NCBI GenBank assembly: GCA_963815215.1
Contig: CAWFFU010000003.1
Location: forward strand, 320,001-384,000
Direction of reading: 5' to 3'
Source: an uncultured Trueperaceae bacterium
GTDB lineage: Bacteria; Deinococcota; Deinococci; Deinococcales; Trueperaceae
DNA: 64,000 nt
In this document: positions 31,137-41,121 of the stretch, piece by piece
How the letters are laid out: each line of letters opens with the position of its first letter
Numbering within the stretch: position 1 is the stretch's first letter
The notes under the pieces: generated by a model
What the model saw: only the letters and a program-made list of their open reading frames with translations
Told to the model about the DNA's origin: nothing
Database searches by the model: none
Translations under genes and position numbers: made by a program

Positions 31137-34100
31137 ATGTCGAGCGAGACGACCCCCGGCTTCGCCCACCTCCACCAACACACCGCCTACAGCCTCCTGG
31201 ACGGAGCTGCGCGCATCAAGGACCTGATGCGCTGGGTGCGCTCGGTCTCCCCCGACGATCCGGCGGTCGCCATGACCGACCACGGCAACATGCACGGCGC
31301 GGTGGAGTTCTACAAGGCGGCGCAGGCGGAGGGCGTCAAGCCCATCCTCGGCCTCGAGGCCTACGTCACCAGCGGCTCGCGCTTCGAGAAGCGGCGCATG
31401 TCCAGCACGCTCGACGGCGGCTACTTCCACCTGACCCTTCTCGCCAAGGACTACGCCGGCTACCAGAACCTCTGCAAGCTCTCGAGCCGCGCCTACCTCG
31501 AGGGCTTCTACATGAAGCCGCGCGTCGATCACGAGCTGCTGGCCGAGCACAGCGAGGGCATCATCGCGCTCTCGGGCTGCCTCGGTGCCCAGATCCCGCG
31601 GGCGGTGCTCGACATCGGCGTCGACGAGGGCGAGCGACTGCTGCAGGCCTACCTCGACATCTACGGCGACGACTTCTTCATCGAGCTGCAGAATCACGGC
31701 CTCGACGAGCAGGCCCGACTCAACCCCGTGTTGAAGGATTTCGCGGACCGCTACGGGCTCGGCATGGTGGCGACCAACGACGGCCACTACGTGCGCAAGG
31801 AGGATGCCCGCGCACACGAGGCGCTGCTGTCGATCCAGACCAAGACGGTGCTCTCCGACCCGAACCGGTTCCGCTTCCCGTGCGACGAGTTCTACGTCAA
31901 GACGCCCGACGAGATGGCGGTCGCGCTGCCCGACCGTGAGTATCCCGGCGCGCTGACCAACAGCCTCACCATCGCCGACATGTGCAACGTCGAGCTCCCC
32001 ATCGGCGACAAGCGCATCTACCAGATGCCCGAGCTGCCGCTGCCCGAAGGGCGCACGTTGGCCGAGCAGTTGCGCATCGACTGCTACCGCGGGCTCATGC
32101 ACCGATACCCGCAGGAGGTCGACGAGGCCCTGTTCCGCGCCTACCTCTCGCGGGCGCGCGTGGATGAGGCGGTCGACGGCCTGGACTTCGACGGCGTGCT
32201 GCTGGCGCTCGCCGAGGAGGGCGAGCGCGGTCGCAGGACCCGGGCCCAGGACGAGGCGTACGACCGCTACGACTACCCGCACCTCGAGGCCTTCGCCGAG
32301 GGCCGGGACGACCACGCCACGGCCGTGCTGCTGCGCGCCGAGTACGAGCTCGGGGTCATCATCGCCATGGGCTTCCCCGACTACTTCCTGATCGTCGCCG
32401 ACTTCATCAACTGGGCCAAGGATCACGGCATCGCCGTAGGCCCCGGGCGCGGCTCCGGTGCCGGCTCGATCGTCGCGTACGCCCTGCGCATCACCAACAT
32501 CGATCCCCTGGCGTTCGGGCTGTTGTTCGAGCGCTTCCTCAACCCCGAACGCATCTCCATGCCGGATTTCGACATCGACTTCTCCGACGTGCGTCGCGGC
32601 GAGGTGATCGACTACGTGCGCGAGAAGTACGGCGACGACAAGGTGGCCCACATCGCCACCTTCGGGACGATGGCCTCGCGCGCTGCCATCAAGGACGCAG
32701 CCCGCGTGATGGAGGCGCCCTTCGCCGACGCCGACCGCATCTCCAAGCTGGTGCCCGTGGTGTACGGGCGGAGCGTCTCCATCGAACGGGCCAAGGAGGA
32801 GGTTCCGGAGTTCCGGGAGCTGTACCAGGCCGGCGCGCACGACTACGTGGACGTCGCGCAGACGCTCGAGGGGCTGACCCGGCACGCTTCGGTGCATGCC
32901 GCCGGCGTGATCATCTCCAGGAGCCCGGTCCAGGAGCTCGCCCCGGTGTTCCGCGCCGGCGACGGCCCGGTGGTCTGCCAGTACGACATGGGATCGGTCG
33001 AGGACCTCGGCTTCATCAAGATGGACTTCCTCGGCCTGCGCACGCTGTCGTTCATCGAAGCAGCGGTGAAGATCGTGCGCGACGCGCACGGCGTCGAGCT
33101 CGACCCCGACACGTTCGACCAGGCGGATGCCGCCACCTTCGAGCTGCTGTCGCGCGGGGAGGCGGCGGGAGTGTTCCAGTTCGAGTCGCCGGGCATGGTC
33201 GACACCCTCAAGAAGCTCAAGCCACGGCGCATCCAGGACCTGATCGCGGTCGCGGCGCTCTATCGCCCCGGGCCGATGGAGAACATCCCCACTTACATCC
33301 GGCGCCATCACGGCATGGAGGCGATCGACTACAGCGACTTCCCGGCTTCGCAGGCCCTGCTCTCCCCCATCCTCGCCGAGACCTACGGCATCCCCGTCTA
33401 CCAGGAGCAGATCATGCAGATCGCCCAGGCCGTCGCCGGCTACTCGCTGGGCGAGGCGGACCTGCTGCGGCGGGCCATGGGCAAGAAGAAGGTCTCCGAG
33501 ATGGAGAAGCAGCGCAAGATCTTCGAGGCCGGCGCAGCCGGGAACGGCATCGGATCGCCGGAGGCGAACCGTATCTTCGATCTGCTGGAGAAGTTCGCCA
33601 ACTACGGCTTCAACAAGTCCCACTCGGCGGCCTACGGCGTGCTCTCCTACCAGACCGCCTACCTGAAAGCGCACTACCCGGTGGCCTTCGCCGCCGCGCT
33701 GCTCACGGTCGAGCGCGCCAACTCCGACAAAGTCGCACAGTACGTCGCCGACGCGCGCCATATGGGGATCGACGTGCTCCCGCCGGACGTCAACGAGTCC
33801 AACGCCGAGTTCACACCTGTGGGCGGACTGGTGCGCTTCGGGCTCTACGGCATCAAGAACCTCGGGGACAACGCCGTCGACCACATCCTGGACGAGCGCA
33901 GGCAGGGCGGCCCCTTCGGCGACCTGTTCGACTTCTGCCGCCGCGTGGACACCACGATGGTGAACAAACGCGCCGTGGAGCATCTGGTCAAGGCGGGGGC
34001 GTTCGACCAGCTGGGGGATCGCCACGTGCTGTTGAGGAACCTCGAGACCGCGCTCAAGTGGGGGGCTGCGCAGCGCGAGCAGGCGGAGCAGGGTCAGGCG

Positions 34101-34886
34101 AGTCTGTTCGGCGCCGAGGAGATCAAGCCGCCCACCCTCGACGAAGGCGAGCCCCTCTCGGAGCTCGAGCTGTTGCGCTTCGAGAAGGAGGCGCTGGGGC
34201 TCTATATCAGCGCCCATCCGATGAACTCCTACCCCGGCCTGGCCGAGTCCGCCAGCTGCGAGATCGACGGCATCGAGGGGTACTTCCAGGCGAACCCGCC
34301 GGATCGTCCCGGCGGGCGCGTGCGGGTGGTCCTGGCCGGGATCCTCCAGAACGTCGTCAAGCGCCCCACGCGCAAGGGCACCATGATGGCGCGCTTCGAG
34401 TTGGCCGACGAGTCCGGCGCGCGCGAGCTGGTGGCGTTCAGCCGCAGCTACGAGGCGATGGCCCAGATGCTGGCCGAGGACGCTCCCGCCGTGGTGGTGG
34501 CCGAGCTGTCGGAGGACGGCGAGGGCGTCCGGCTGGTGGCGGATCGTCTCATCCGTTGGGATGCGCGCGAAGGCGCACCCGAGGTCGCGGTGCTCCACTT
34601 CGACCTCGCCGAGGTCGGCCGCCACCACCTGCTCGAGCTGCGCTCGCTCCTGGACGAGTTCAGCGGGCGCACGCCGGTGCATCTCGAGGTGTTGGGACCA
34701 CAGGGAGTCGCCAGCTACGCCACCGCCGGCGTGCGCGTGGACGTCGGGCGGTTGCGAGAGTTGCAGAGCTCGTGCCCGTGGCTGCACACCTCGGTCACCT
34801 TGGATCGCCGTACGCTGCTCGAGAGCCGTCCTCAGAACGGCGGCTTCCGGCCGGCGCCCCCGCCCCCGCCCGAGGTGCCGTTCTGA
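31137..34886 (+). CDS. dnaE: DNA polymerase III alpha subunit
   Basis: PHP HLHQHTAYSLLDGA, TDHGN, GPGRGSGAGS, PDFDIDF, KMDFLGL, YGFNKSH, OB fold; no intein seen. Confidence 0.98.
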   Translation: MSSETTPGFAHLHQHTAYSLLDGAARIKDLMRWVRSVSPDDPAVAMTDHGNMHGAVEFYKAAQAEGVKPILGLEAYVTSGSRFEKRRMSSTLDGGYFHLTLLAKDYAGYQNLCKLSSRAYLEGFYMKPRVDHELLAEHSEGIIALSGCLGAQIPRAVLDIGVDEGERLLQAYLDIYGDDFFIELQNHGLDEQARLNPVLKDFADRYGLGMVATNDGHYVRKEDARAHEALLSIQTKTVLSDPNRFRFPCDEFYVKTPDEMAVALPDREYPGALTNSLTIADMCNVELPIGDKRIYQMPELPLPEGRTLAEQLRIDCYRGLMHRYPQEVDEALFRAYLSRARVDEAVDGLDFDGVLLALAEEGERGRRTRAQDEAYDRYDYPHLEAFAEGRDDHATAVLLRAEYELGVIIAMGFPDYFLIVADFINWAKDHGIAVGPGRGSGAGSIVAYALRITNIDPLAFGLLFERFLNPERISMPDFDIDFSDVRRGEVIDYVREKYGDDKVAHIATFGTMASRAAIKDAARVMEAPFADADRISKLVPVVYGRSVSIERAKEEVPEFRELYQAGAHDYVDVAQTLEGLTRHASVHAAGVIISRSPVQELAPVFRAGDGPVVCQYDMGSVEDLGFIKMDFLGLRTLSFIEAAVKIVRDAHGVELDPDTFDQADAATFELLSRGEAAGVFQFESPGMVDTLKKLKPRRIQDLIAVAALYRPGPMENIPTYIRRHHGMEAIDYSDFPASQALLSPILAETYGIPVYQEQIMQIAQAVAGYSLGEADLLRRAMGKKKVSEMEKQRKIFEAGAAGNGIGSPEANRIFDLLEKFANYGFNKSHSAAYGVLSYQTAYLKAHYPVAFAAALLTVERANSDKVAQYVADARHMGIDVLPPDVNESNAEFTPVGGLVRFGLYGIKNLGDNAVDHILDERRQGGPFGDLFDFCRRVDTTMVNKRAVEHLVKAGAFDQLGDRHVLLRNLETALKWGAAQREQAEQGQASLFGAEEIKPPTLDEGEPLSELELLRFEKEALGLYISAHPMNSYPGLAESASCEIDGIEGYFQANPPDRPGGRVRVVLAGILQNVVKRPTRKGTMMARFELADESGARELVAFSRSYEAMAQMLAEDAPAVVVAELSEDGEGVRLVADRLIRWDAREGAPEVAVLHFDLAEVGRHHLLELRSLLDEFSGRTPVHLEVLGPQGVASYATAGVRVDVGRLRELQSSCPWLHTSVTLDRRTLLESRPQNGGFRPAPPPPPEVPF

Positions 34887-34911
34887 GCGCCGGGTCGCGC
34901 CGAGACCGGGC

Positions 34912-36003
34912 TCAGACTCCGACGACGGGGCGTTGCGCGTCGACCTGGGTGGCCGCCATCTTGAACGCCTGAGCGCTGGTCGCCGCCGCCATGCCGGTTT
35001 CGTAGCTGATGGCGCCGCCGGCATAGAGCTCGGCCAGATGGTCGTCGAACAGCTGCATGCCGTCGAGTCTGGCATCCCTGAGCGCGTCGTAGAGCTCGCC
35101 GGTGCGCTCCTCGTCGCGCACCAGGTCCTTGATGCGCAAGGTGCCCTTGAGGATCTCCATGGCCGCCACGCGGCCACCGCCGTCGCGACGCGGCAGCAGG
35201 CGCTGCGACACGATCCCCACCAGCGATTCCGCGAACAGGATGCGCGCCGTCGAACGCTCGTGAGGCGGGAACAGCTCGATCATGCGGTTGATGGTGCGCA
35301 CCGAATCCTGGGTATGGAGCGTGCTGAACACCAGGTGTCCGGTCTGGGCCGCGCTCAGTGCTGCGGCCGCGGTGGCGTGGTCGCGGATCTCGCCGATCAT
35401 GATGATGTCGGGGTCCTGCCGCATGGCGGCGATCAGCGCCTCCGAGAACGACCGCGCGTCGACCCCGAGCTCGCGCTGGACCACGGCGGAGCGCTTGGAC
35501 TTGTGTAGATACTCGATGGGGTCCTCGACGGTGACGATCATCTTGGCGTGCACTCGATTGATCTCGTCGACGATGCGCGCCAGTGTGGTCGACTTGCCGC
35601 TGCCGGTGGCGCCGGTGACCAGCACCAGCCCCTTCTCCTGGTCGCGGAAGAACTCGATCGTCTCCTGTGACAGATTCACCACTTGCAGCGCAGCTTCCTC
35701 CGACGTGATGATGCGCAGCACGGCACTCACCGAGCCGCGCTGGCGGAACAGGTTGACGCGGAAGCGCGCCAGCCCCGGCACGCTGTAGGCGAGGTCTACC
35801 TGGTGGCGGCTCTTGAAGGCGGCACTCTGGCTCTCGTCGCACATCAGGTCGACCAAGGCCTCGGTGAAACGCGGCGGGATCGTCGCTTCACTGACCGGCG
35901 AGAGCTTGCCGTGGAGCCGGGCGAGCGCCGGCATCCCCACGTGGAGGTGGATGTCGGATGCACCGCGCTCGACCATCTGGTGCAGGAGTTCGTTGAAGTG
36001 CAT
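34912..36003 (-). CDS. pilT: PilT/PilU-family type IV pilus retraction ATPase
   Basis: ASDIHL, RFRVNLFRQRG, GATGSGKSTT, EDPIEY, MRQDPD..GEIRD, TGHLVFSTLHT, GMQLFD. Confidence 0.9.
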   Translation of the reverse strand: MHFNELLHQMVERGASDIHLHVGMPALARLHGKLSPVSEATIPPRFTEALVDLMCDESQSAAFKSRHQVDLAYSVPGLARFRVNLFRQRGSVSAVLRIITSEEAALQVVNLSQETIEFFRDQEKGLVLVTGATGSGKSTTLARIVDEINRVHAKMIVTVEDPIEYLHKSKRSAVVQRELGVDARSFSEALIAAMRQDPDIIMIGEIRDHATAAAALSAAQTGHLVFSTLHTQDSVRTINRMIELFPPHERSTARILFAESLVGIVSQRLLPRRDGGGRVAAMEILKGTLRIKDLVRDEERTGELYDALRDARLDGMQLFDDHLAELYAGGAISYETGMAAATSAQAFKMAATQVDAQRPVVGV

Positions 36004-36026
36004 GGGGCGAGGCTACCCTCAGGCTT

Positions 36027-36064
36027 CTCACGGCGCCCTTACGTGGTTCTTACAGCGCTCTTAC
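36027..36064. repeat. Four CTYAC direct repeats at exact 11-bp period (candidate response-regulator boxes)
   Basis: CTCAC 36027, CTTAC 36038, CTTAC 36049, CTTAC 36060 in the divergent pilT/oxidoreductase intergenic region. Confidence 0.65.
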
Positions 36065-36159
36065 AGCATGGGGGCGCGTGCCGCACGGTGGTCTGACGCT
36101 GGGCGGTACGGCGGCGAGCGGGTAGACTTGGAACCTATGCAACGGTGGGAGAGCGCATC

Positions 36160-37251
36160 ATGACCGTCAGACAGGCTTCGTCGTTCGAGCGCACGGTGCG
36201 CGCGGGCGTGATCGGGACGGGTTGGGCCGACCGCGTCTTGATCCCCGCTTTCCAGGCCGGCGGCGTCGACGTGGTCGGCGTCGCGAGTCGGGACCGGCGC
36301 AGGGCGCGCGCCGTGGCGTCGCGGCACGGCATCGGAACCGCGACCGGATCGTGGCGGGACCTGCTCGAGCTCGAGCTGGACCTGGTTGCGGTGACGTCGC
36401 CGCCCGCCCTCCACCGCGAGCAGGCGGTTGCGGTGCTGGAAGCGGGTCGCCACCTGCTGTGCGAGAAGCCGCTGGCGCTCGATGCCGGCGAGGCCGAGGC
36501 CATCGCTGCAGCCGCGCGTGCCGCCCCCGGCGTACGGGCCCTGGTCGATCACGAGCTGCGCTTCACGCCGGCGCGCCGTAAGGCGAAGGAACTCATCGAC
36601 TCCGGGGCGATCGGCCGGGTCCTCACGGTGACCGCGCGCGTCGCCGGGGGGATGCGGGTCGACCCCACGCGGTCCTGGACCTGGTGGTCGGACGCCGCGC
36701 AGGGTGGTGGCATCTTGAGCGCGTTGGGAAGCCACGTCTTCGATTCGGTCCGCTGGCTGCTAGGCAGCGAGATCGACCTGCACGGAGCGACGCTCGGACG
36801 TGTCTACCCCACGCGGCTCGACGACGAGGGCGAACAGCGTCCGGTGACGTCCGACGACATCGCCTCGCTCACCTTCCGGACCGGCGAGGTCGTGGGCACG
36901 GTACTGCTCCACGGCGCGGCGCTCGACGATGCCATCGACCTGTTCACCGTGCGCGGCACCGAAGGCAGCCTGGTCATCGATCGCTCGTTGAAGCTCTACC
37001 TCGGCAAGCGCGGCGGACCCTTCAAGGAGTACCGGACCCAGCTCCCAGCCATCGTGCCCAACCGCTTCCGGGCGTCGGGCTTCGCGGCGGGCAGCGTGCT
37101 GTTCGCCGATGCGTTGCGTCGCGCGCTGATCGAGGGCGAGGACGACGCGCTCGCCGACGCCGCCACCATCGACGACGGACTGGCGGTGCAGCGCCTCATC
37201 GACGAGGCCCGACGGCTCGACGGCGGCGCCGATGCGCCGCGGGGCGGCTGA
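36160..37251 (+). CDS. Gfo/Idh/MocA-family oxidoreductase
   Basis: GVIGTGW, TSPPALH, HLLCEKPLA, HELRF, GGGILSALGSH. Confidence 0.9.
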   Translation: MTVRQASSFERTVRAGVIGTGWADRVLIPAFQAGGVDVVGVASRDRRRARAVASRHGIGTATGSWRDLLELELDLVAVTSPPALHREQAVAVLEAGRHLLCEKPLALDAGEAEAIAAAARAAPGVRALVDHELRFTPARRKAKELIDSGAIGRVLTVTARVAGGMRVDPTRSWTWWSDAAQGGGILSALGSHVFDSVRWLLGSEIDLHGATLGRVYPTRLDDEGEQRPVTSDDIASLTFRTGEVVGTVLLHGAALDDAIDLFTVRGTEGSLVIDRSLKLYLGKRGGPFKEYRTQLPAIVPNRFRASGFAAGSVLFADALRRALIEGEDDALADAATIDDGLAVQRLIDEARRLDGGADAPRGG

Positions 37252-37266
37252 CGGGATGGTGGCGCG

Positions 37267-38319
37267 ATGACCCGGATCCTCGCGTTGGTGTTGATCATCC
37301 TGGTGCTGGTGTTCACGGGCTTCTGGCTGGCACGCCACAAACCGGCCGGGGCGCCCCAGGGAACCGCCCAGTCCTCGTCCCAGACGGCACCGCCGGCTGG
37401 CACCGCCGCGAAGGGCGGAGCTGGTGCGGGTGGCGCGACCGCAGCTCCCACCACCGCAGCTCCCACCACCGCAGCGCCAACGAACGGAGCTTCTACGGCC
37501 GGAACCTCCGCGTCGGGGGCCGCCACGACCGGAGCTCCTGCTGCCGCGACCGACGCCGTGACCCTTCCCGCCGGCTACAGCGCCGTTCCCTATCTGGGCG
37601 CCAAACGGCGGCTGGTGTTCGACAAGCCGCAGCAGGTACTCGAGCCGGGCATGGCGTACGCCGCCGTGCTCGTCACCAACAAGGGGCCCATCACCATCGA
37701 CCTGCTCAGGCAGGACGCGCCCAAGACCGTCGACAACTTCGTGTTCCTGGCACTGAACCGCTTCTATAACGGCGTGCCCTTCCACCGCGTGCTCGAGGGC
37801 TTCATGGCGCAGACCGGCGACCCCACCGGAACCGGCACCGGCGGCCCGGGCTACGCCATCCCCGACGAGATCTCCCCACGACTGCACTTCGATGAGCGCG
37901 GCGTGGTCGCCATGGCGAACGCGGGGCCCAACACCAACGGCTCGCAGTTCTTCATCACCTTCGCGCCGACGCCCTGGCTCGACGGCCACTACAGCATCTT
38001 CGGTCGGGTGACCGCGGGCAGCGATGTCCTGGCCAAGCTGCAACGCATCGACCCCCAGAATCCGGAGGCGGTCGCCGGGCTCGGAGACACGCTGGGTCAG
38101 CTGGCTTCCAAGGGGGTGACGCTGACCGGCCCCAGCTCCCGAACCGTCGGCGACGCGCTCACCCGGGCGCTCGGGGTCGCCCCAGTCAAAGGACAGTCGT
38201 TCACCGTGGAGGGCTACCGCGCCGTCGTCGGCAGCGCCTCCGGCAAGCCGGCGGTCGCCTTCTTCCCACGACCCGACACGCTCGAGCGTGTGGTGATCGC
38301 GGTCAAACCCACCTCCTAG
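37267..38319 (+). CDS. Membrane-anchored/secreted cyclophilin-type PPIase
   Basis: N-terminal TM segment, Ala/Thr/Pro linker, [53 protein letters not shown]. Confidence 0.9.
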   Translation: MTRILALVLIILVLVFTGFWLARHKPAGAPQGTAQSSSQTAPPAGTAAKGGAGAGGATAAPTTAAPTTAAPTNGASTAGTSASGAATTGAPAAATDAVTLPAGYSAVPYLGAKRRLVFDKPQQVLEPGMAYAAVLVTNKGPITIDLLRQDAPKTVDNFVFLALNRFYNGVPFHRVLEGFMAQTGDPTGTGTGGPGYAIPDEISPRLHFDERGVVAMANAGPNTNGSQFFITFAPTPWLDGHYSIFGRVTAGSDVLAKLQRIDPQNPEAVAGLGDTLGQLASKGVTLTGPSSRTVGDALTRALGVAPVKGQSFTVEGYRAVVGSASGKPAVAFFPRPDTLERVVIAVKPTS

Positions 38320-38370
38320 GCGGCGCGCCGACGGTGCGCTCGACCTGGAGGGCCCCTGAAAGGATTACGT

Positions 38371-38943
38371 ATGGAGAACCCGTCCCAGGCCCTGAACGGA
38401 TACGTTCCGCTCGAACCCCGCAGCACGGAGCGGATCACGCACTTCGCCGGCCCCGAGCCGGTCCTGTCCCCCGGCGCGGACTACCGCGCCCACATCGCCA
38501 CCAGCAAGGGTGCATTGGTGCTGGAGCTCTTCCAGGACGGCGCCCCCACCACCGTGAACAACTTCGTGTACCTGGCGTTGCACCGCTTCTACGACGGGGT
38601 CGTGTTCCACCGCGTGCTCGACGGCTTCATGGCGCAGACCGGGGACCCCACCGGCAGCGGCCGCGGCGGCCCCGGCTACACCTTCGACGACGAGTTCGGC
38701 CCCGGACTGAGCCATGACGGCAAAGGCGTGCTGTCGATGGCCAATGCCGGTCCCGGCACCAACGGCTCGCAGTTCTTCATCACCTTCGACGCCACGCCCT
38801 GGCTCGACGGCCGCCACGCCGTGTTCGGACGCGTGCTGGAGGGCGAGGAGGTCCTCGACGCCCTGACCCGGATCGACCCGGGACGTCCCGGCGGCGCCAA
38901 GCCCGACGTCATGGAGCACGTCACCATCTACGTGCGGGAGTGA
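38371..38943 (+). CDS. Cytoplasmic cyclophilin-type PPIase
   Basis: [49 protein letters not shown]. Confidence 0.92.
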   Translation: MENPSQALNGYVPLEPRSTERITHFAGPEPVLSPGADYRAHIATSKGALVLELFQDGAPTTVNNFVYLALHRFYDGVVFHRVLDGFMAQTGDPTGSGRGGPGYTFDDEFGPGLSHDGKGVLSMANAGPGTNGSQFFITFDATPWLDGRHAVFGRVLEGEEVLDALTRIDPGRPGGAKPDVMEHVTIYVRE

Positions 38944-38949
38944 CCCTGG

Positions 38950-38998
38950 GCACGCGCATGGGCCGCCGACGTGACGCGCCGGCGGCCCATGCGCGTGC
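38950..38998. terminator. Long hairpin between convergent PPIase and thrS
   Basis: 19-bp perfect stem GCACGCGCATGGGCCGCCG/CGGCGGCCCATGCGCGTGC. Confidence 0.7.
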
Positions 38999-40980
38999 TA
39001 GGCCGCGTCGCCTGCTAGCGGGGCCACCTCGGCTTGCCGCGAACGCACCGCCGCGTCCAGGTGTGCGATGAAGGCGTCGAGCGGGACCCCGTTACGGTTG
39101 CCCTCCTTGCGGCTGCGGAACGAGACCGCACCCGCTTCGGCTTCCTTGTCGCCCACGATGACGATGTAGGGGATCTTGAGCAGCTCCGCGTCGCGCACCT
39201 TGGCGTTCATGCGCTCGCCCCGGTCGTCGACCTCGGCGCGCAACCCGCCGTCGAGCAGGCGCTGCCGGATACGTTCGGCGTACTCGAGGTGACGATCCGC
39301 GATGGGCACCAGGCGCACGTGTTCCGGCGCCAGCCACAGCGGCAGGTCGCCGGCGAAATGCTCGATCATCACCCCCATGAAGCGCTCGGTGGAACCGGTC
39401 ACGGCGCGGTGGAGCACCACCGGCGTGTGCCTGTCGCCGTCCTCGCCGATGTAGCTGCACTCCAGCCGGGCTGGCTGGATGAAGTCGACCTGGATGGTGG
39501 AGAGCTGCCACTCGCGGCCCAGGGCGTCCTTGGCCATGAAGTCGGCCTTGGGGCCGTAGAACGCGGCCTCGCCGGTGGCCTCCTCGTAGGGCACGTTCTC
39601 GGCGTCGAGCGCACGGCGCAGGGCCGCGGTGGCCTTTACCCACTTCTCGTCGTCGTCGACGTACTTGCCCTCCTCACCGCGGAGGCTGAGCTGGACCCGG
39701 TAATCGGTCATGCGGTAGGTCGACAGCACCTCGCGGATCAGCCGTAGCGCCAGCGCGAACTCCTCCTGCACCTGTTCCTCCGTGCAGAAGATGTGGCAGT
39801 CGTCCTGGGTGAGGCTGCGCACGCGGGTCAGACCGGAGAGCTGGCCCGACTTCTCGTAACGGTACAGGGTGGCGAACTCCGCGTAGCGCAGCGGCAACTC
39901 GCGGTAGCTGTGGTGGCCGGCGTTGAACAGCGTCATGTGGCTGGGGCAGTTCATGGGCTTCAGCCGCATGCGGATCTCGTCGTCCTCCATGACGGGGTAC
40001 ATCACGTCGGCGTAGTTCTCGAGGTGCCCGGATCGGGCGTACAACGACTCGCGAACCATGTGCCCGGTCCATACATGCTGGTAGCCGTAGCGGGTCTGCA
40101 GCTCGCGCACGTAGCGCTCCATCTCGAAGCGTACGACTTCGCCGCGCGGGAAGAACATCGGTAGGCCGGCACCGATGTCCTCGCTGAAGGTGAACAGGCC
40201 GAGCTCACGTCCGAGCTTGCGGTGGTCGCGCTTCTTCGCCTCTTCGAGCAGCCACAGATGGTGCTTCAGCTCATCGGCGGTCTGGAACGCCACCCCGTAG
40301 ATGCGCTGCAGCATGGGGCGCCGCTCGTCGCCGCGCCAGTACGCTCCCGCCACGCTCATGAGCTTGAAGTGCGGGGCGATGGCGCCGGTGCGCGGCACGT
40401 GCGGGCCACGACACAGGTCGGTGAAGCCCTCCTCGCCCCCCTGTTCGTAGAAGGTGATGGGCTCGTCCTCGGGCAGATCCTCGATGAGCTCGACCTTGTA
40501 CGGATCGCCGCGCCGCCGGAAGCGCTCCAACGCCTCACTGCGCGGCAGCGCGTACTTGCGCAACCGCAGGTCGTCGGCGAGGATCCGGCGCATGATCGCC
40601 TCGATCGCCTCGAGGTCGTCCGGGGTGAGCGTGCGCGGCAGGTCGAAGTCGTAGTAGAAGCCGTCCTCGATCACCGGACCGACGCCCATTCGCACGGTGC
40701 CGGGCTCCGCGCCCTGTTGCGAGAAGTACTCGGTCACGGCCTGCGCCATGACGTGGGCCAGGGTGTGGCGCATCAGGTCGACGACCGCATCGTCCTTGCG
40801 GGTCAGGACGGCGACGTGGGCCTCATCGGGGACCTCGCTCATCAGGTCGGCGAGCCGGCCGTCGACCACGATGCCGAGCGCGGCCTTGGCCAACCCCGGG
40901 CCGATGGCCCGCGAAACGTCGGCGCCGGTGGCGTGCGCCGGCAGCTCCAAGCGCTTACCGTCGGGAAGAACAACATGCAT
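38998..40980 (-). CDS. thrS: Threonine--tRNA ligase
   Basis: TGS domain, RHTLAH, DLCRGPH, GAYWRGD, RDHRKLG, KPMNCP, GLTRVR, AFYGPK, HRAVTGSTER. Confidence 0.97.
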   Translation of the reverse strand: MHVVLPDGKRLELPAHATGADVSRAIGPGLAKAALGIVVDGRLADLMSEVPDEAHVAVLTRKDDAVVDLMRHTLAHVMAQAVTEYFSQQGAEPGTVRMGVGPVIEDGFYYDFDLPRTLTPDDLEAIEAIMRRILADDLRLRKYALPRSEALERFRRRGDPYKVELIEDLPEDEPITFYEQGGEEGFTDLCRGPHVPRTGAIAPHFKLMSVAGAYWRGDERRPMLQRIYGVAFQTADELKHHLWLLEEAKKRDHRKLGRELGLFTFSEDIGAGLPMFFPRGEVVRFEMERYVRELQTRYGYQHVWTGHMVRESLYARSGHLENYADVMYPVMEDDEIRMRLKPMNCPSHMTLFNAGHHSYRELPLRYAEFATLYRYEKSGQLSGLTRVRSLTQDDCHIFCTEEQVQEEFALALRLIREVLSTYRMTDYRVQLSLRGEEGKYVDDDEKWVKATAALRRALDAENVPYEEATGEAAFYGPKADFMAKDALGREWQLSTIQVDFIQPARLECSYIGEDGDRHTPVVLHRAVTGSTERFMGVMIEHFAGDLPLWLAPEHVRLVPIADRHLEYAERIRQRLLDGGLRAEVDDRGERMNAKVRDAELLKIPYIVIVGDKEAEAGAVSFRSRKEGNRNGVPLDAFIAHLDAAVRSRQAEVAPLAGDAA

Positions 40981-41031
40981 GCTGCACCTCAGAGATGTGG
41001 GTTGGGGATCTACAGGGCAAGGACCAGGGAG

Positions 41032-41121
41032 CTACGGGCATCCACCCGACGTTCGGCGCGTTCGGCGCGAGGTTGCGCAGGCACCGACGTGGGTCATCCG
41101 GGCAGGTCGCACGCTCGCCAT
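41032..41121 (-). other. Putative leaderless uORF upstream of thrS (29 aa, 4 Thr)
   Basis: TGC-TACAGT-ggcgc-ATG, then MASVRPARMTHVGACATSRRTRRTSGGCP*. Confidence 0.35.

Noticed and set aside
31125..35177. 1350-aa antisense ORF, and many similar long shadow ORFs (e.g. 4970-7003, 48983-50695, 54519-56387)
   Set aside because: These are antisense or alternate frames of real high-GC genes, with no recognisable domains.
41035..41055. T-box antiterminator in the thrS leader (GGGTGGATGCC on the minus strand)
   Set aside because: Does not match the UGGNACC bulge; no specifier stem or terminator evident.
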